DNA of 64,000 nucleotides from Acidobacteriaceae bacterium. Lineage in GTDB: Bacteria > Acidobacteriota > Terriglobia > Terriglobales > Acidobacteriaceae. The position numbers and the translations under genes were made by a program. Each line of letters starts with the position of its first letter. The stretch's first letter is position 1. Below the pieces are notes generated by a model. It made no database searches and had not been told where the DNA came from. It was given only the letters and a program-made list of their open reading frames with translations. Location: NCBI GenBank assembly GCA_025352065.1, contig JANXUC010000011.1, positions 517 to 64,516 on the forward strand. Reading direction: 5' to 3'. This document shows, one piece after another, positions 19,885-30,463 of this stretch.

Positions 19885-21408
19885 GTGCGTAGAAAAAAGA
19901 TTTTCCGGCTAGTGCGGGCAGGTTTTATCGTAGCGTCTCTAGTCCCCGTTTATGTCGTAGCGCAATCGACCGCAATTGGAATCTTCGAAGGGCATGGAGA
20001 CGTCGGCTCGGTTCTCCACGCTGGCTCCGTCGGCTCTGACGCTGCGAAGAATTCTTACACTCTCACCGGCAGCGGCGAGAACATGTGGTTCACGCATGAC
20101 CATTTTCAATTTGCGTGGAAGAAGATGTCGGGCGATGTCAGCCTAACTTCCGAAATATCGTTGCCAAGCACGCTCGGGAATGAACACAAAAAAGCAGTCC
20201 TGATGATCCGGCAAGACTTAGGTACGGATTCTGTCTACGCCGACCTGGCGCTCCACGGCAACGGCTTGGCAGCGCTCCAGTTTCGCGACGAAAAAGGAGG
20301 GGATACTCGCGAGATTGTGTCCAATATTGCCGCTCCAACGCGGTTGCGGATCGTGAAGCGTGGCGACTATGTTTACATGGCGTTAGCTTTGAAAGAAGGC
20401 GAGCTCCAGCCTGCTGGAGGCTGGCTTCGAGTGCCAATCCACGGTATGTTTTACGTCGGGATTGGCGTTTGCTCGCATGATAAAGATGCAGTGGAAAAGG
20501 CCGTCTTCTCGAATGTCGAGTTGAACACCTTGCTCCCAGCGTCGGGTGAAACGACGCTCTACAGTGCACTATCGGTCGTGCCGATTGCAGGCCCGGATGT
20601 CAGCGTCGTCTATCTTGCTGCAGAACACTTTGAGGCGCCTAACTGGACTCGCGATGGTAAGGCTTTCATTTTTAATCGCGAAGGACGAATCTTACGCCTG
20701 CCGGTCGCTGGTGGGACTCCGGAAATTGTCGATACCGGCTTTGCAACACAATGCAACAACGATCACGGAATTTCTCCCGACGGAACGCAGTTGGTGGTCA
20801 GTGATCAGTCCCAGGAAGAGGATCGCTCCCTTGTCTACATGTTACCTTTGGCGGGTGGCACGCCAAAACGCATCACCAAGAATTCACCGTCCTACTGGCA
20901 CGGCTGGTCGCCTGACGGAAAGACTCTAGCGTTCGTAGGACAGCGCAATGATGAATTTGATATCTATTCCATTCCAGTAGCGGGCGGAGAAGAGACTCGC
21001 TTAACCACTGCCAAGGGTCTTGACGACGGGCCTGAATATTCTCCAGATGGAAATTACGTCTACTTCAATTCCGTGCGCACAGGGTTGATGCAGATCTGGC
21101 GCATGCATCCGGATGGTAGCGGACAGGAGCAAGTCTTCTCGGACGATTACAACAATTGGTTCCCGCACATTTCGCCAGACGGGAAGTGGATGGTGTTTAT
21201 TTCCTTCGACAAGAGCGTGGAAGGGCATCCGCCCAACAAGGACGTCCAGCTGCGGTTGATGTCACTGACCGACAAGAAGATTACAGTGCTAGCAAAACTG
21301 TTTGGCGGCCAAGGAACAATGAACGTACCGTCATGGTCTCCGGACAGCTCGCGGCTGGCGTTTGTCAGCTATCAACTAATTCCGAAAGAGGATTTTCCTG
21401 GCAAGTAA
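19885..21408 (+). CDS. Secreted protein: concanavalin/DUF1349-like N-domain plus TolB-like PD40 beta-propeller
   Basis: The GTG at 19885 is preceded by GGAGG at 19873-19877 and gives a signal peptide ([27 protein letters not shown]). The C-terminal half has repeated PD40 motifs (WSPDGK, YSPDGN, ISPDGK, WSPDSS). The track ORF starts at 19840. Confidence 0.8.
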   Translation: MRRKKIFRLVRAGFIVASLVPVYVVAQSTAIGIFEGHGDVGSVLHAGSVGSDAAKNSYTLTGSGENMWFTHDHFQFAWKKMSGDVSLTSEISLPSTLGNEHKKAVLMIRQDLGTDSVYADLALHGNGLAALQFRDEKGGDTREIVSNIAAPTRLRIVKRGDYVYMALALKEGELQPAGGWLRVPIHGMFYVGIGVCSHDKDAVEKAVFSNVELNTLLPASGETTLYSALSVVPIAGPDVSVVYLAAEHFEAPNWTRDGKAFIFNREGRILRLPVAGGTPEIVDTGFATQCNNDHGISPDGTQLVVSDQSQEEDRSLVYMLPLAGGTPKRITKNSPSYWHGWSPDGKTLAFVGQRNDEFDIYSIPVAGGEETRLTTAKGLDDGPEYSPDGNYVYFNSVRTGLMQIWRMHPDGSGQEQVFSDDYNNWFPHISPDGKWMVFISFDKSVEGHPPNKDVQLRLMSLTDKKITVLAKLFGGQGTMNVPSWSPDSSRLAFVSYQLIPKEDFPGK

Positions 21409-21489
21409 GGTTGACCCAATTCTGATTGGGACAGTTCAGAGAGTGTCCTAGTCTGGCTATCTCATGCCGCAATCCCCGCGCCGGGGCCT

Positions 21490-22127
21490 GTGGTCAGTCT
21501 CGGGCTGGCAGCCGTGGGATCGAAATTTCTCTATGTCTCTGACGCCGGAGGGCATGCTTTTAACGCCTATTCCATCAATCCCAGTACAGGTGCTTTGGCT
21601 GCCCTCCCGGGGTCGCCGTTTTCGTTGGGCACGTTCAGCCTTCCCATTGGGCTCAACGCCCGCCCCGGAGCCAACGCCTTGTATGCGGCGGATGCTGGTG
21701 GTGTGGACGGGTTGAACATCAACCCTACTACAGGCGTGCCGACCGCAATTCCAGGTTCCCCCTTTTCGTCGGGTACTAACCTGTTCCTCGCTGTCGATCC
21801 TGCGGGCAAGTTTCTTTTTACTTCTGGCGACGATCCGCCCGGCGGCATATTTGCTTTCACCATTGATACAACAACTGGTGCGCTGACAGCCGTTCCGGCT
21901 TCGCCCTTTCCAATTCCCGGTCAGACCGTTCTCACAGCCAGCCTTCTGGCCTCCTGACCGATTCCACGGGGCGCTTCGTTTACGCAGCGCTCACCGCCAC
22001 CAATCAGATTGCAGCGTTTTCCATCGCGAGTGGGACCGGGGTTCTGACGCCCGTTCCGGGTTCGTCTTTCCCGGCAGCCGGAGCACTGCAGTTGGCTATC
22101 GTCCAAGTGCCTGACCAGGGCGGATAG
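21490..22127 (+). pseudogene. 7-bladed beta-propeller lactonase-like protein, N-terminally truncated and frameshifted
   Basis: The repeat pattern (..G.L...PGSPF..G.....VDP.GKFL..) continues after the stop at 21955-21957 in another frame (21954-22127: LTDSTGRFVYAALTATNQIAAFSIASGTGVLTPVPGSSF..). No start codon or signal peptide is present. The open frame begins only 6 nt after the upstream gene's stop. Confidence 0.65.
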
Positions 22128-22163
22128 GCGCTTCGAACACCGAACTCCGCAGTTATAAGCGGG

Positions 22164-22823
22164 ATGCCGACTGTCGATACCCATCCTGCTAAACTCCTTA
22201 TCATGTCCAAAGCTCGTGCTAAGAAAATCAAACTTTTCCTTTTCGACGTTGACGGGGTCATGACCGACGGCAAGATCTGGATCTTTCCGGCGCCCGCAGG
22301 TGTTCCGGAAAGCAGTTTGCAAAAAGCTTCTGCCCATGGCGGCCAAGGCGGATTCGGCTTGGTTAGTTCGAGCCTGATCGAGGCGAAGGGTTTTAACGCG
22401 CACGACGGCACCGGAATTTCTCTGCTCAAACTCGCGGGGATTAAGACCGGAGTCATCACGAAGCGTAGGTCGGAAACGGTGGCTTTGCGAGCTCGTGATT
22501 TACGGATGGATCATGTTTATCAGGGCATTCAGGACAAGCGCAGCGCCTTCGAGGAAATTCTGCGAAAGGAAGACCTAGAGGCCGCCGAAGCCGCGTTCGT
22601 CGGCGACGATGTGATCGACCTTCCGGTAATGCGAGTTTGCGGTTTGGCCATTGCTGTCAAGAATGCGCGCCCGGAGGTCAAGCGCGCAGCCCACTACATT
22701 ACAGCCCACAGTGGTGGCGATGGAGCTGTGCGGGACGCTGTCGAGTACGTGCTGAAGGCGCAAAGTCGTTGGAAGGATGTTTTTGAAGGCTACATTGCGG
22801 AGCGGAGTCCAAGTGGTCAGTAA
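22164..22823 (+). CDS. kdsC: 3-deoxy-D-manno-octulosonate-8-phosphate phosphatase KdsC (HAD family)
   Basis: HAD motif I is FLFDVDGVMTDG. The KdsC core reads GFNAHDGTGISLLKLAGIKTGVIT, VGDDVIDLPVM, HSGGDGAVRD. An alternative ATG lies at 22203. A roughly 30-aa insertion follows motif I. Confidence 0.85.
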   Translation: MPTVDTHPAKLLIMSKARAKKIKLFLFDVDGVMTDGKIWIFPAPAGVPESSLQKASAHGGQGGFGLVSSSLIEAKGFNAHDGTGISLLKLAGIKTGVITKRRSETVALRARDLRMDHVYQGIQDKRSAFEEILRKEDLEAAEAAFVGDDVIDLPVMRVCGLAIAVKNARPEVKRAAHYITAHSGGDGAVRDAVEYVLKAQSRWKDVFEGYIAERSPSGQ

Positions 22824-23092
22824 CAAAAAACTTTTAGCCGGATGTGACTTCTGATGGGGAGGGGTTGTCTCTACAGGTAGGGCCAAGAAACGAAAAATCC
22901 ACCGACTGCCTGCTTGGGGCGTGCTCGGGTTGGCAACCGATGGGACCGTTTCTCCTTACTCACCCTGTTGTTTTCAGGAGTTGAGCCCCTATTAAAGCAT
23001 AGGTCGGCGTCCCGTTGGCAGTCTTCCCCCCCCCAAAAAAATTTGCAGGAATCTATCGGGACCCGACCTGCACGAAAGCACTTCGACCGGAA

Positions 23093-23953
23093 CTAGTTGT
23101 GGGCCGGTTCTTCCCCAATTCCAACCGGCTTGTGGGACATCAGAGCTGAGAATCTAGGATCCTTCCTGATCTCACCGAACTCATCGTCCCGGTACACCTT
23201 GTTGATGTCTTTGTAGCCTTCCTCAATCGCCCGACGGAGGCAATTTAGCGAACGGTCGGCTTCTCCAGCCTTGGCGTATGTTCGCGCCATCATGTAGAAA
23301 TACTGCGCCCGGTCTCCTAACGCCTGGGTTTGCAGGATCACGGCTTCGCGTGAACTGTGTTCGAAAACGTTGGGGTCGAGTTCCAGGGCGCGGCGGTAGG
23401 AGGCCATCGCTTTGGTGAAGTCTTTTTGGGTGAAATAGGCTGTACCCAGGTTGCTGTGGAACGAGGCGGAACTTTCTGAAAGTTGGATGGCCTTACGGTA
23501 CTCCTTGATCGCTTTGCCGTAGTTCCTTGTTTGAAAGAAAACCGCCCCCAAATTATTGTGAGCCTCCGGATACTTGCGATCCAGGCGAACTGCCTCTTGA
23601 AAGCTCTTTCTTGCATCCAGGTCGCGATGCATCTGTAACTGGACAATGCCGGTTTTGTTAGCAAGAGTAAAGCTGCTGGGATTCTTGACGGCGGCAGCGC
23701 GGTAGTAGTCGAGGGCATCGAGATAGGCTTTGTCCACGCGTAGCCTATCTCCTTCTTTTTCCAATTCCTCCGCAGTCGCGGATGGAGAAGGCGCCTCGGC
23801 ACGCCGGAGCGGTGGTGGCCCGATCTGGATTTGATCGGACAGCGGAGCCTGCCCAAATGCTTGAACCGCGATGCCAGGCAAACTACTGATGAGGAACGCA
23901 AGAATCAGGTAGGAAATCACTCGGGGAGATGCAATACGGAAGCCTAATCTCAT
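23093..23953 (-). CDS. TPR-repeat protein with signal peptide
   Basis: A hydrophobic N-terminal segment is followed by several TPR units (AYLDALDYYRAA.., PEAHNNLGAVFFQTRNYGKAIKEYRKAIQL.., ASFHSNLGTAYF..). Confidence 0.85.
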   Translation of the reverse strand: MRLGFRIASPRVISYLILAFLISSLPGIAVQAFGQAPLSDQIQIGPPPLRRAEAPSPSATAEELEKEGDRLRVDKAYLDALDYYRAAAVKNPSSFTLANKTGIVQLQMHRDLDARKSFQEAVRLDRKYPEAHNNLGAVFFQTRNYGKAIKEYRKAIQLSESSASFHSNLGTAYFTQKDFTKAMASYRRALELDPNVFEHSSREAVILQTQALGDRAQYFYMMARTYAKAGEADRSLNCLRRAIEEGYKDINKVYRDDEFGEIRKDPRFSALMSHKPVGIGEEPAHN

Positions 23954-24002
23954 GGCGGAACGCCTTCCCGGCCAGCTGCATTTTCGTTACCGTGATCGCG
24001 GG

Positions 24003-26588
24003 CTACTGCGGCGGCTGACCATTTGGCTTAACAGGTGCCGGAGCCTGCGCTTTGTCGCCCTTTAAAAAGCCTACTATTTTTCCAAGGACGCCCTTCTTCT
24101 TCTCGTCCTTCTCGTCGGGCTTCTGAGCTAGATGATCCGCCTTTTCGGTGCCCGGTGGCAAGGCCGTATTTTCGTTCGTCCCGAAAATCTTCGAAAAGAA
24201 GCCTGGCTGGGAGGCTGGCTGATCACAGGTCTCCTTGGGCTCGGTGCCCTCGACGAAGCTGGCGGTATAGGTTTCGGGGCAGGAAGGCGTCGCCAAGCGG
24301 TTCGTAGTCTTATCCAGCTGAACCGAGACGACACCAGTGGGCGTCCCGAAGCCGCCGATGTTGGAATACTGCGGCAGGGTGACCGCACGCTTCATAAACT
24401 CGGTCCAGATCGGTACGGCAGTTTGTGCGCCGGCAAGGTGCAAATCGCTGTAGTCGTCGTAGCCAACCCAAACAATACAAAGGAGATTGCTGGTGTAGCC
24501 CGCGAACCAGCCGTCGTGCGAACTGCCTGTTTTTCCTGCTGCTGGAGGAGTGAAGCCACGGGCCCGGACACCGGACCCCAGCCCGGAATTGATCACCGCC
24601 TGCAGCATATCCGTCATGACCGCGACCGTGCGTGGGTCGAGAATCGCCTTCCGTTCTGGCGTATAGTTCTCCAGCACTTCGCCCTTAGTGTTACGAACGG
24701 AATTGATCAGAATTGGGGCAATTTTCTGCCCGCTATTGGCAAAGACCGTGTAGGCGCCAGCCATATCGAGCGGAGTAGCGTCGTAGGAGCCAAGCGCCAT
24801 GGCGGGCGTGGCACGCACGGAAGAAATTCCCGCCGAACGGGCCAAAGTCGCGACCTTCTCATAGCCCACCTGCTCGGCCAGCTTTACCGTGGCATTATTG
24901 AGCGACATCGCTAAGGCGTAACGCGCAGTCACTGGGCCGTGGTATTCCTCTTTGTAGTTGCGAGGCTCGTAGATCTGGTCGCCGTACGCGAAAGTAGTAG
25001 CGGCATCGTCAATCATGGAAACGGGAGTAAAAACGGTCTCTCCGCCCGAAACAGCGGTGTCCATGGCAGCCGCGTAGACAAACGGCTTAAAAATCGATCC
25101 GGTGGGGCGCTTGGCTACGGCGTGATTGAGCTGGCTGACGCCGTAGTTTCTGCCTCCCACCAGCGCGAGGACTTCGCCTGTGTGGGGATCGAGGGCGACC
25201 AGCGCCACTTGGGCGGACGGACCGGGGGTAACTTGGCTCTCCAACTTGCCTTTGGCGTTCTTTACGCGCCGGGTGCGCATGCGGTTGACCTGTTCGTCCA
25301 CCAGCTTCATGCCTTCATCCACCGCCGATGCCGCTGCTTTCTGTAGATCGGGATCGACAGTTGTGTAAACCTTGTAAGCCTGTTCGTTCATCTCGCGCTC
25401 ATTGAATTTGCTGACGAGCGTGTCGCGTACCATGTCAACGAAGTAGGGAGCGTCGGCGGCTTCAACATTCAAAGCGGCAAGTTTGAGGGGTGTTGCCTTC
25501 GCTTTATCCGCTTCCGCTCTGGTGATGGCGTGAGTCTCTACCATCGAATCTAAAACGAGATTGCGCCGCTCTTGTGCTCGCTCAGGGTGCCGGTAGGGTG
25601 AAAGATAGCTGGGAGCCTGGATGATGCCCGCTAGCAGAGCGGCTTCCGGCAGAGTGATGTCTTTCAGGTCTTTGTTAAAGTAGGCGTGTTCGGCTTCTCC
25701 CAGTCCGGCGATCGTGTAGGAACCGCGCTGGCCCATGTCGATGCGGTTCGCGTAAAACTCAAAAATCTGTTCTTTGCTGAACTTTTGTTCCAATTCCAGC
25801 GCAATCATCATCTCCGTAACTTTGCGCTTGAAGGTTTTTTCCGGAGAGAGGAAGAAGGCCCTCGAAAGTTGCATCGTGATGGTGGAGCCGCCTTGGCGGT
25901 GACCCTGATGCGTGATGTCGATCCAAGCGGCCTGCAACAGGCGTGGATAGTTGACTCCGCTGTGCTGAAAAAAACGGCGATCTTCAATAGCCAATACTGC
26001 GTTGACCAAAATCTTCGGTATGTCTTGATATTTGACCAACTGGCGCTTGGTGCGCTGGCCGGACTCGGACAGCGAGGTGACCATAATCGGCTCCAGTTCG
26101 TAGGCCGCCAGAGGGCCGTTGGAGCCGGCGATCAAATCGACCGCACCGTCGCGGATCTGGATTGTCGCCGCTTCCGGAGCGTGGTAGGACTGCGGCCCCG
26201 GTTTTACCTGAATGCCGGAAGAGAGCAATTTGTAAGAGCCAATGTCGAGGCTGGCTCCCGACCCATTCGTGCCACTTTCAGAATAGCCGGCGCGGCGCAG
26301 CAGGGCGGCGATTTCATGCGGCTGAATCTTTTCGCCGGGGCGCACCGTGTGAGGGCGAGCAAAAATCCGCGCCGAAGTGGTGAAGACAGGCCCGCGAAAC
26401 CGCTCCTCGATCATGCGGTCGTACTTGATAAAAAAGAAGGAGAAAACGCCAATAACAACAACAGAAACGAAAGCAAATGCTGCTAACAAAAGGCGCAAGA
26501 TGGGATCCTTGGCAAGCCATCCCTTGGAACTCCCATTTTTGGGGCTACTCTTGCCGCTACGCGTCGGAAATTTTAGCTTGAAGGCCAC
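24003..26588 (-). CDS. mrcA: Penicillin-binding protein 1A (bifunctional transglycosylase/transpeptidase)
   Basis: N-terminal TM anchor. GT51 motifs are EDRRFFQHSGVN and GGSTITMQL. Transpeptidase motifs are SIFKP (SxxK), SLN (SxN) and KTGS (KTG). Confidence 0.92.
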   Translation of the reverse strand: MAFKLKFPTRSGKSSPKNGSSKGWLAKDPILRLLLAAFAFVSVVVIGVFSFFFIKYDRMIEERFRGPVFTTSARIFARPHTVRPGEKIQPHEIAALLRRAGYSESGTNGSGASLDIGSYKLLSSGIQVKPGPQSYHAPEAATIQIRDGAVDLIAGSNGPLAAYELEPIMVTSLSESGQRTKRQLVKYQDIPKILVNAVLAIEDRRFFQHSGVNYPRLLQAAWIDITHQGHRQGGSTITMQLSRAFFLSPEKTFKRKVTEMMIALELEQKFSKEQIFEFYANRIDMGQRGSYTIAGLGEAEHAYFNKDLKDITLPEAALLAGIIQAPSYLSPYRHPERAQERRNLVLDSMVETHAITRAEADKAKATPLKLAALNVEAADAPYFVDMVRDTLVSKFNEREMNEQAYKVYTTVDPDLQKAAASAVDEGMKLVDEQVNRMRTRRVKNAKGKLESQVTPGPSAQVALVALDPHTGEVLALVGGRNYGVSQLNHAVAKRPTGSIFKPFVYAAAMDTAVSGGETVFTPVSMIDDAATTFAYGDQIYEPRNYKEEYHGPVTARYALAMSLNNATVKLAEQVGYEKVATLARSAGISSVRATPAMALGSYDATPLDMAGAYTVFANSGQKIAPILINSVRNTKGEVLENYTPERKAILDPRTVAVMTDMLQAVINSGLGSGVRARGFTPPAAGKTGSSHDGWFAGYTSNLLCIVWVGYDDYSDLHLAGAQTAVPIWTEFMKRAVTLPQYSNIGGFGTPTGVVSVQLDKTTNRLATPSCPETYTASFVEGTEPKETCDQPASQPGFFSKIFGTNENTALPPGTEKADHLAQKPDEKDEKKKGVLGKIVGFLKGDKAQAPAPVKPNGQPPQ

Positions 26589-26834
26589 AGTGCCAGGGGA
26601 CGACCTATCTCATGGAAGATTTCGGTAAGGTACCCCAATTCGAGCGACGGCCTGGTCGGCCCTCACCTGTACTTGGATGCACCTAAGCGTGGTTGTAATT
26701 GTAACTCAGGGAGTAAAGCAGAACAGTTGCCGCACAAACTTCCACCCCGCCGGAGACCATCCGTCGCGCCAGCCAGCTTCGTCAAACCATTAAAGGAGGG
26801 CAAGAGTGTCCCCACCACACATGCTACAACAGGG

Positions 26835-27185
26835 TTACATGGGCTTGTTTTGCGATGCCACGCTGAAGTGGAGGTCCGTGGAGGTGACCAGCAAGTCCAG
26901 GTGAACCGTGTAGTCAGCACTGATAACCACCGCCTGGATGCCTCCGCCGCTCCCCTTGGATACCTTGATGTCTTCCTTGGTCAGAGGAATATCGTATTCC
27001 TGAGCCTTTTTAAACACTTCATCTCGAATAGTGTCTTCGGTGGCCGTCGGGCTGTAGCTGGTGCGCCGGGATTCGTCCTCCACGTAGTCCTTGAAGCTGT
27101 AATTCCCGAAGTAAACAGGAACGAACTTCAGCCCCAGGAAGATCAGAGCGACGATCATAAACAGCACAAAAGCGATCCGCACCAT
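26835..27185 (-). CDS. Small N-terminally membrane-anchored protein (DUF4845-like)
   Basis: A 116-aa protein with a single N-terminal TM (IAFVLFMIVALIFLGLKFVPVYF) followed by a soluble domain. The family assignment is tentative. Confidence 0.6.
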   Translation of the reverse strand: MVRIAFVLFMIVALIFLGLKFVPVYFGNYSFKDYVEDESRRTSYSPTATEDTIRDEVFKKAQEYDIPLTKEDIKVSKGSGGGIQAVVISADYTVHLDLLVTSTDLHFSVASQNKPM

Positions 27186-27222
27186 AGCCTAAAGTCCAAG
27201 CTGCGCCGGCGCGCTGAACCCA

Positions 27223-29040
27223 CTAGTGCGCCGGGCGAAGTAAGTTTTCAAAATGTCTCACGACTTCGCCGATCATAACGTCTTCGGATGTCCGAGTCGA
27301 GCGTTGAACGACCTCCACCCTATCTTCGGTAACTTTCTTGCCCACGTTGATTCTAAATGGGATACCAACCAAATCGGCGTCTTTGAACTTCACGCCAGGG
27401 CGTTCGTCGCGGTCGTCGAGTAAGACGTCGAATCCGGCGGCCTCGAGCTTGGACGCAAGGTCGTTTGCCACGGAGAGCAGCTTCTCGTCCGCCACGTTGG
27501 TCGGGGTGACGATGACCTCAAATGGCGCAATCTGTGGAGGCAGCCAAAAGCCGTTGTCGTCGTTCGATTGCTCGATCAGCGCGGTCAGAATGCGCTCGAT
27601 TCCGATGCCGTAGCTGCCCATGATGGGCGTGACTTCCTTGCCATTCTTGTCGAGAACGCGCGCACCCATCGATTCCGAGTAGCGGTAGCCGAGCTTGAAA
27701 ATGTGGCCAATTTCGACGGCTTGGTCGAGGCTGAGCTTGCCGTCGCAATTGGGACAGGTGTCACCCGCCTCGACGTTGCGCAGGTCGGTGTAGGCCGTGG
27801 GCTCAAAGTCGTGGCCTAGGGTGATGTTCTTGACGTGGTAGTCCTCTTTGTTGGCGCCAGCGATCAGGTTCTTGCGGCCTTCCAGAGCCTTGTCGACGAG
27901 GAGGACCACGCCATCGCTGAATTTGGCGTTAGGCTTTTTCTCTCCGGCTTTCCCATCCAAAGCCTTGGCTATGTTTGTCAGCCCGATTGGTCCTAGGAAG
28001 CCAGCGGGCGAGTGAAAGACTTTCTCGATTTCTTCCGCCGTCATGGGGCGAACTTCCATGCCGCCGATGGCTGAACCCAGCTTGGCTTCATTCATCTGAT
28101 GATCGCCGCGAACGAAGACAACGATTTCGGTGAGCTTAGTCTTGGGCGCGTTCTTGCCGTCGCCCACGATCTTTTCCTCGCCCATCAACGCCAATGTCTT
28201 GATCTTGTTTTTCGGAGAGACTCCGAGGAATCGCGCCACTTCCTCAATCGTCTTCTGCCCAGGCGTATGGACTTCGAGCGGTTTGCCGTCGCCCTCGGGG
28301 GCAAGGTCTTCTACGTGATCAATTTTGGAAACAGCTTTTTCAAGATTCGCCGCGTAGGTGCATTTGTTGCACGATGCGATCAAGTCTTCGCCAGCATTGG
28401 TCTTGACCATGAACTCATGCGATTGTGATCCGCCCATCGCTCCAGAGTGCGCTTCGACCACGGAGTATTTCAGCCCGCAGCGATCAAAAATGCGGCAGTA
28501 CACTTCGTAGTGTTTCTTATACGAAACATCCAGCCCGTCGGCGTCGATATCGAATGAGTATGCGTCCTTCATGGTGAACTGGCGCACACGCAGCAGTCCC
28601 GACTTCGGCCGCGGCTCATCGCGAAACTTCGTCTGAATCTGATACCAAATCTGCGGCAACTGCTTGTAGCTGCGCAGTTCCTTGCGCGCGATCTCGGTCA
28701 TGACCTCTTCGTGCGTCATGCCGAGGCACAGATCGGCTCCCTTGCGGTCCTTCAGGCGAAACATGTTGTCGCCCATGACGGACCAGCGTCCGCTGGCCTC
28801 CCAAACCTCGCGCGGATTCAGGGCTGGCAGGAAGAACTCCTGGCCAATGGTGTCCATTTCCTGGCGGACGATGCCTATCACCTTGTTCAATGAGCGCTGC
28901 CCGAAGAACAGATACGAGTAAATTCCAGCCGCCAACTGCCGAATGTAGCCCGCACGGACGAGAAACTTGTGACTAGCGACCTCGGCGTCCGCCGGAGCCT
29001 CGCGCAGAGTAGGGATAAAGAGCTGTGACCAACGATGCAT
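27223..29040 (-). CDS. proS: Proline--tRNA ligase (bacterial type with editing insertion)
   Basis: The N-terminus [35 protein letters not shown] is typical of ProRS. Class II motifs and the C-terminal anticodon-binding domain are present. The track ORF begins at a GTG at 29052. Confidence 0.92.
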   Translation of the reverse strand: MHRWSQLFIPTLREAPADAEVASHKFLVRAGYIRQLAAGIYSYLFFGQRSLNKVIGIVRQEMDTIGQEFFLPALNPREVWEASGRWSVMGDNMFRLKDRKGADLCLGMTHEEVMTEIARKELRSYKQLPQIWYQIQTKFRDEPRPKSGLLRVRQFTMKDAYSFDIDADGLDVSYKKHYEVYCRIFDRCGLKYSVVEAHSGAMGGSQSHEFMVKTNAGEDLIASCNKCTYAANLEKAVSKIDHVEDLAPEGDGKPLEVHTPGQKTIEEVARFLGVSPKNKIKTLALMGEEKIVGDGKNAPKTKLTEIVVFVRGDHQMNEAKLGSAIGGMEVRPMTAEEIEKVFHSPAGFLGPIGLTNIAKALDGKAGEKKPNAKFSDGVVLLVDKALEGRKNLIAGANKEDYHVKNITLGHDFEPTAYTDLRNVEAGDTCPNCDGKLSLDQAVEIGHIFKLGYRYSESMGARVLDKNGKEVTPIMGSYGIGIERILTALIEQSNDDNGFWLPPQIAPFEVIVTPTNVADEKLLSVANDLASKLEAAGFDVLLDDRDERPGVKFKDADLVGIPFRINVGKKVTEDRVEVVQRSTRTSEDVMIGEVVRHFENLLRPAH

Positions 29041-29148
29041 AAGCGATTTCACCAGTGAAAGTGGAATTCTCTATTGTAAAGGAGGAAGGGGGTTGGAGCA
29101 TCGCGCCGGAATGGATCGAGAGTAAGCTGATCCAAAGACACAGATGGA

Positions 29149-29436
29149 CTAAGGTTTAAGCATCCCAGCAACATCCTTCTCGTACTGTTCCAATAAAGCT
29201 AAATGCATGTCGGTTGGCAGTGGGGCCTCAGAGAAGTATTTATTCTCAGAGAACTTCGCCTCTGCCCTGCGGCTGATTGAGAATGGGGCTATTCCGTATT
29301 TCCTAACAGTTGGATCATGTCCAATCCGAAGATCAGCAGGTTCGTAGTGGATCTGCTCCTGCCAAATTTCAGATAACGCCTGGCTGGTTTTTAGGGCCAA
29401 GTTTGCTGCGGCTGGATTGAGGTTCAAGAGCGGCAC
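29149..29436 (-). CDS. Hypothetical protein, probable C-terminal part of the same frameshifted gene
   Basis: A 95-aa ORF whose frame is already open upstream of its GTG (..SFYSDVPLLNLN..). This is consistent with a single 1-nt indel near 29440-29465 splitting one gene of about 225 aa. Confidence 0.45.
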   Translation of the reverse strand: MPLLNLNPAAANLALKTSQALSEIWQEQIHYEPADLRIGHDPTVRKYGIAPFSISRRAEAKFSENKYFSEAPLPTDMHLALLEQYEKDVAGMLKP

Positions 29437-29819
29437 ATCACTGTAGAAGCTAGGTCGCTGACATAGGCAAAATGTTTAATCATGCCCGGATGATAATTTA
29501 GGCCCAACTTCTCGGTTCCCCACGTCAGCATCTCTTCTAATATCCGCTTGGAATCATCGGTGCTAGAACGTGTCTCTAGAACCAAGAGACTATCCCAGAT
29601 AACTAACTTTTGTATGACGTTGTTTCCCGCCAGACCTTCGATAAACTCCACCCCTTTGGCTTCATTAAATTCTTCCAGCGCCTGAGGGAATTTCTGAAAG
29701 GTATAGCGCTCCGCCAATGCGCGAACGATATCAGGGTAGTAAACCTTGCCTCGCGGATTGAGGTCGAAACTTTCGACATAGGCAAGCACCCTAGCAAGAA
29801 TTACCGCCGATAGCTTCAT
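29424..29819 (-). CDS. Hypothetical protein, probable N-terminal part of a frameshifted gene
   Basis: A 131-aa ORF in an AT-richer segment with no recognisable family. It overlaps the next ORF by 13 nt in a different frame. Confidence 0.45.
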   Translation of the reverse strand: MKLSAVILARVLAYVESFDLNPRGKVYYPDIVRALAERYTFQKFPQALEEFNEAKGVEFIEGLAGNNVIQKLVIWDSLLVLETRSSTDDSKRILEEMLTWGTEKLGLNYHPGMIKHFAYVSDLASTVMCRS

Positions 29820-29849
29820 GCTGTCCTCCCGGCAGTTGCAGCCAAGCTG

Positions 29850-30070
29850 CGCTCTGTGTCACTTGGTCGTCGGCGTTGCGTTTTACGAAAGTCCGGGCGC
29901 TCTCGGTATCGGCGAGGGCCGCACGTCCGGCAGCCACCGCCGCGCAGTTCAGGTCAACATCGGTGAGAAGGGGGCGCATCTTTTCTACGAGTGCCGCATC
30001 GGCTACCGCGTATCCCAAACGCAGTTCCGCCATGCCATAAGTTTCAACGTTCCGATTGCCGAAAGCTGAG
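29850..30070 (-). pseudogene. Class I/II aminotransferase (HisC-like) C-terminal fragment
   Basis: The translation ..YGMAELRLGYAVADAALVEKMRPLLTDVDLNCAAVAAGRAALADTESARTFV.. resembles the region after the PLP-lysine of histidinol-phosphate-type aminotransferases. The N-terminal 250 aa are absent. Confidence 0.5.
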
Positions 30071-30385
30071 CGTTGGTTCCGACTGCGCGCACGCTGTAGA
30101 CCCCGGGTGTTGCATTCGCAGCCACGTTTACCGTCAAGGTCGACGTCCCGCTGGGCGTGATTGAGGTCGGGTTGACGCTCACCGTGATGCGGGAGTTCGG
30201 GCTTTGAACGACAAGTACAGCGGAGGGATCCAAGGCGCGTTGACAGGAGAACCCCATTCGGTTGCCGCTGTGAAAAACTGTACCGCCGAAGTTGTCGCGC
30301 CATTTACGTCAAGCCCGGAAAACAGCATCTGCCGGCCATCCCTCAGTACGGTCGAGGTCGGGTACCAGCGTTCCCGTCCTGGCAA
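30003..30385 (-). pseudogene. Glyoxal/galactose-oxidase-like protein remnant with Ig-like C-terminal piece (frameshifted)
   Basis: Two overlapping frames give ..RWYPTSTVLRDGRQMLFSG.. and ..ITVSVNPTSITPSGTSTLTVNVAANATPGVYSVRAVGTN... No start is present and the fragments are short. Confidence 0.4.
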
Positions 30386-30463
30386 CGGGACTGGTGCCGG
30401 AACGCAAGAATTTTCAAATGGTTGATATTAAGGGGCTTAAAGTCTTCAGTCTGGAAATGGCCG

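Noticed and set aside
23026-23041. A C9 A7 homopolymer tract considered as a phase-variation switch.
   Set aside because: It lies between the 3' ends of convergent genes (kdsC and the TPR gene), not in a promoter or coding region. Slippage there would have no obvious regulatory consequence.
25686-26486. A 266-aa ORF antisense to the PBP1A gene.
   Set aside because: The sense strand carries the GT51 motifs in exactly this region, so this is an antisense artefact.
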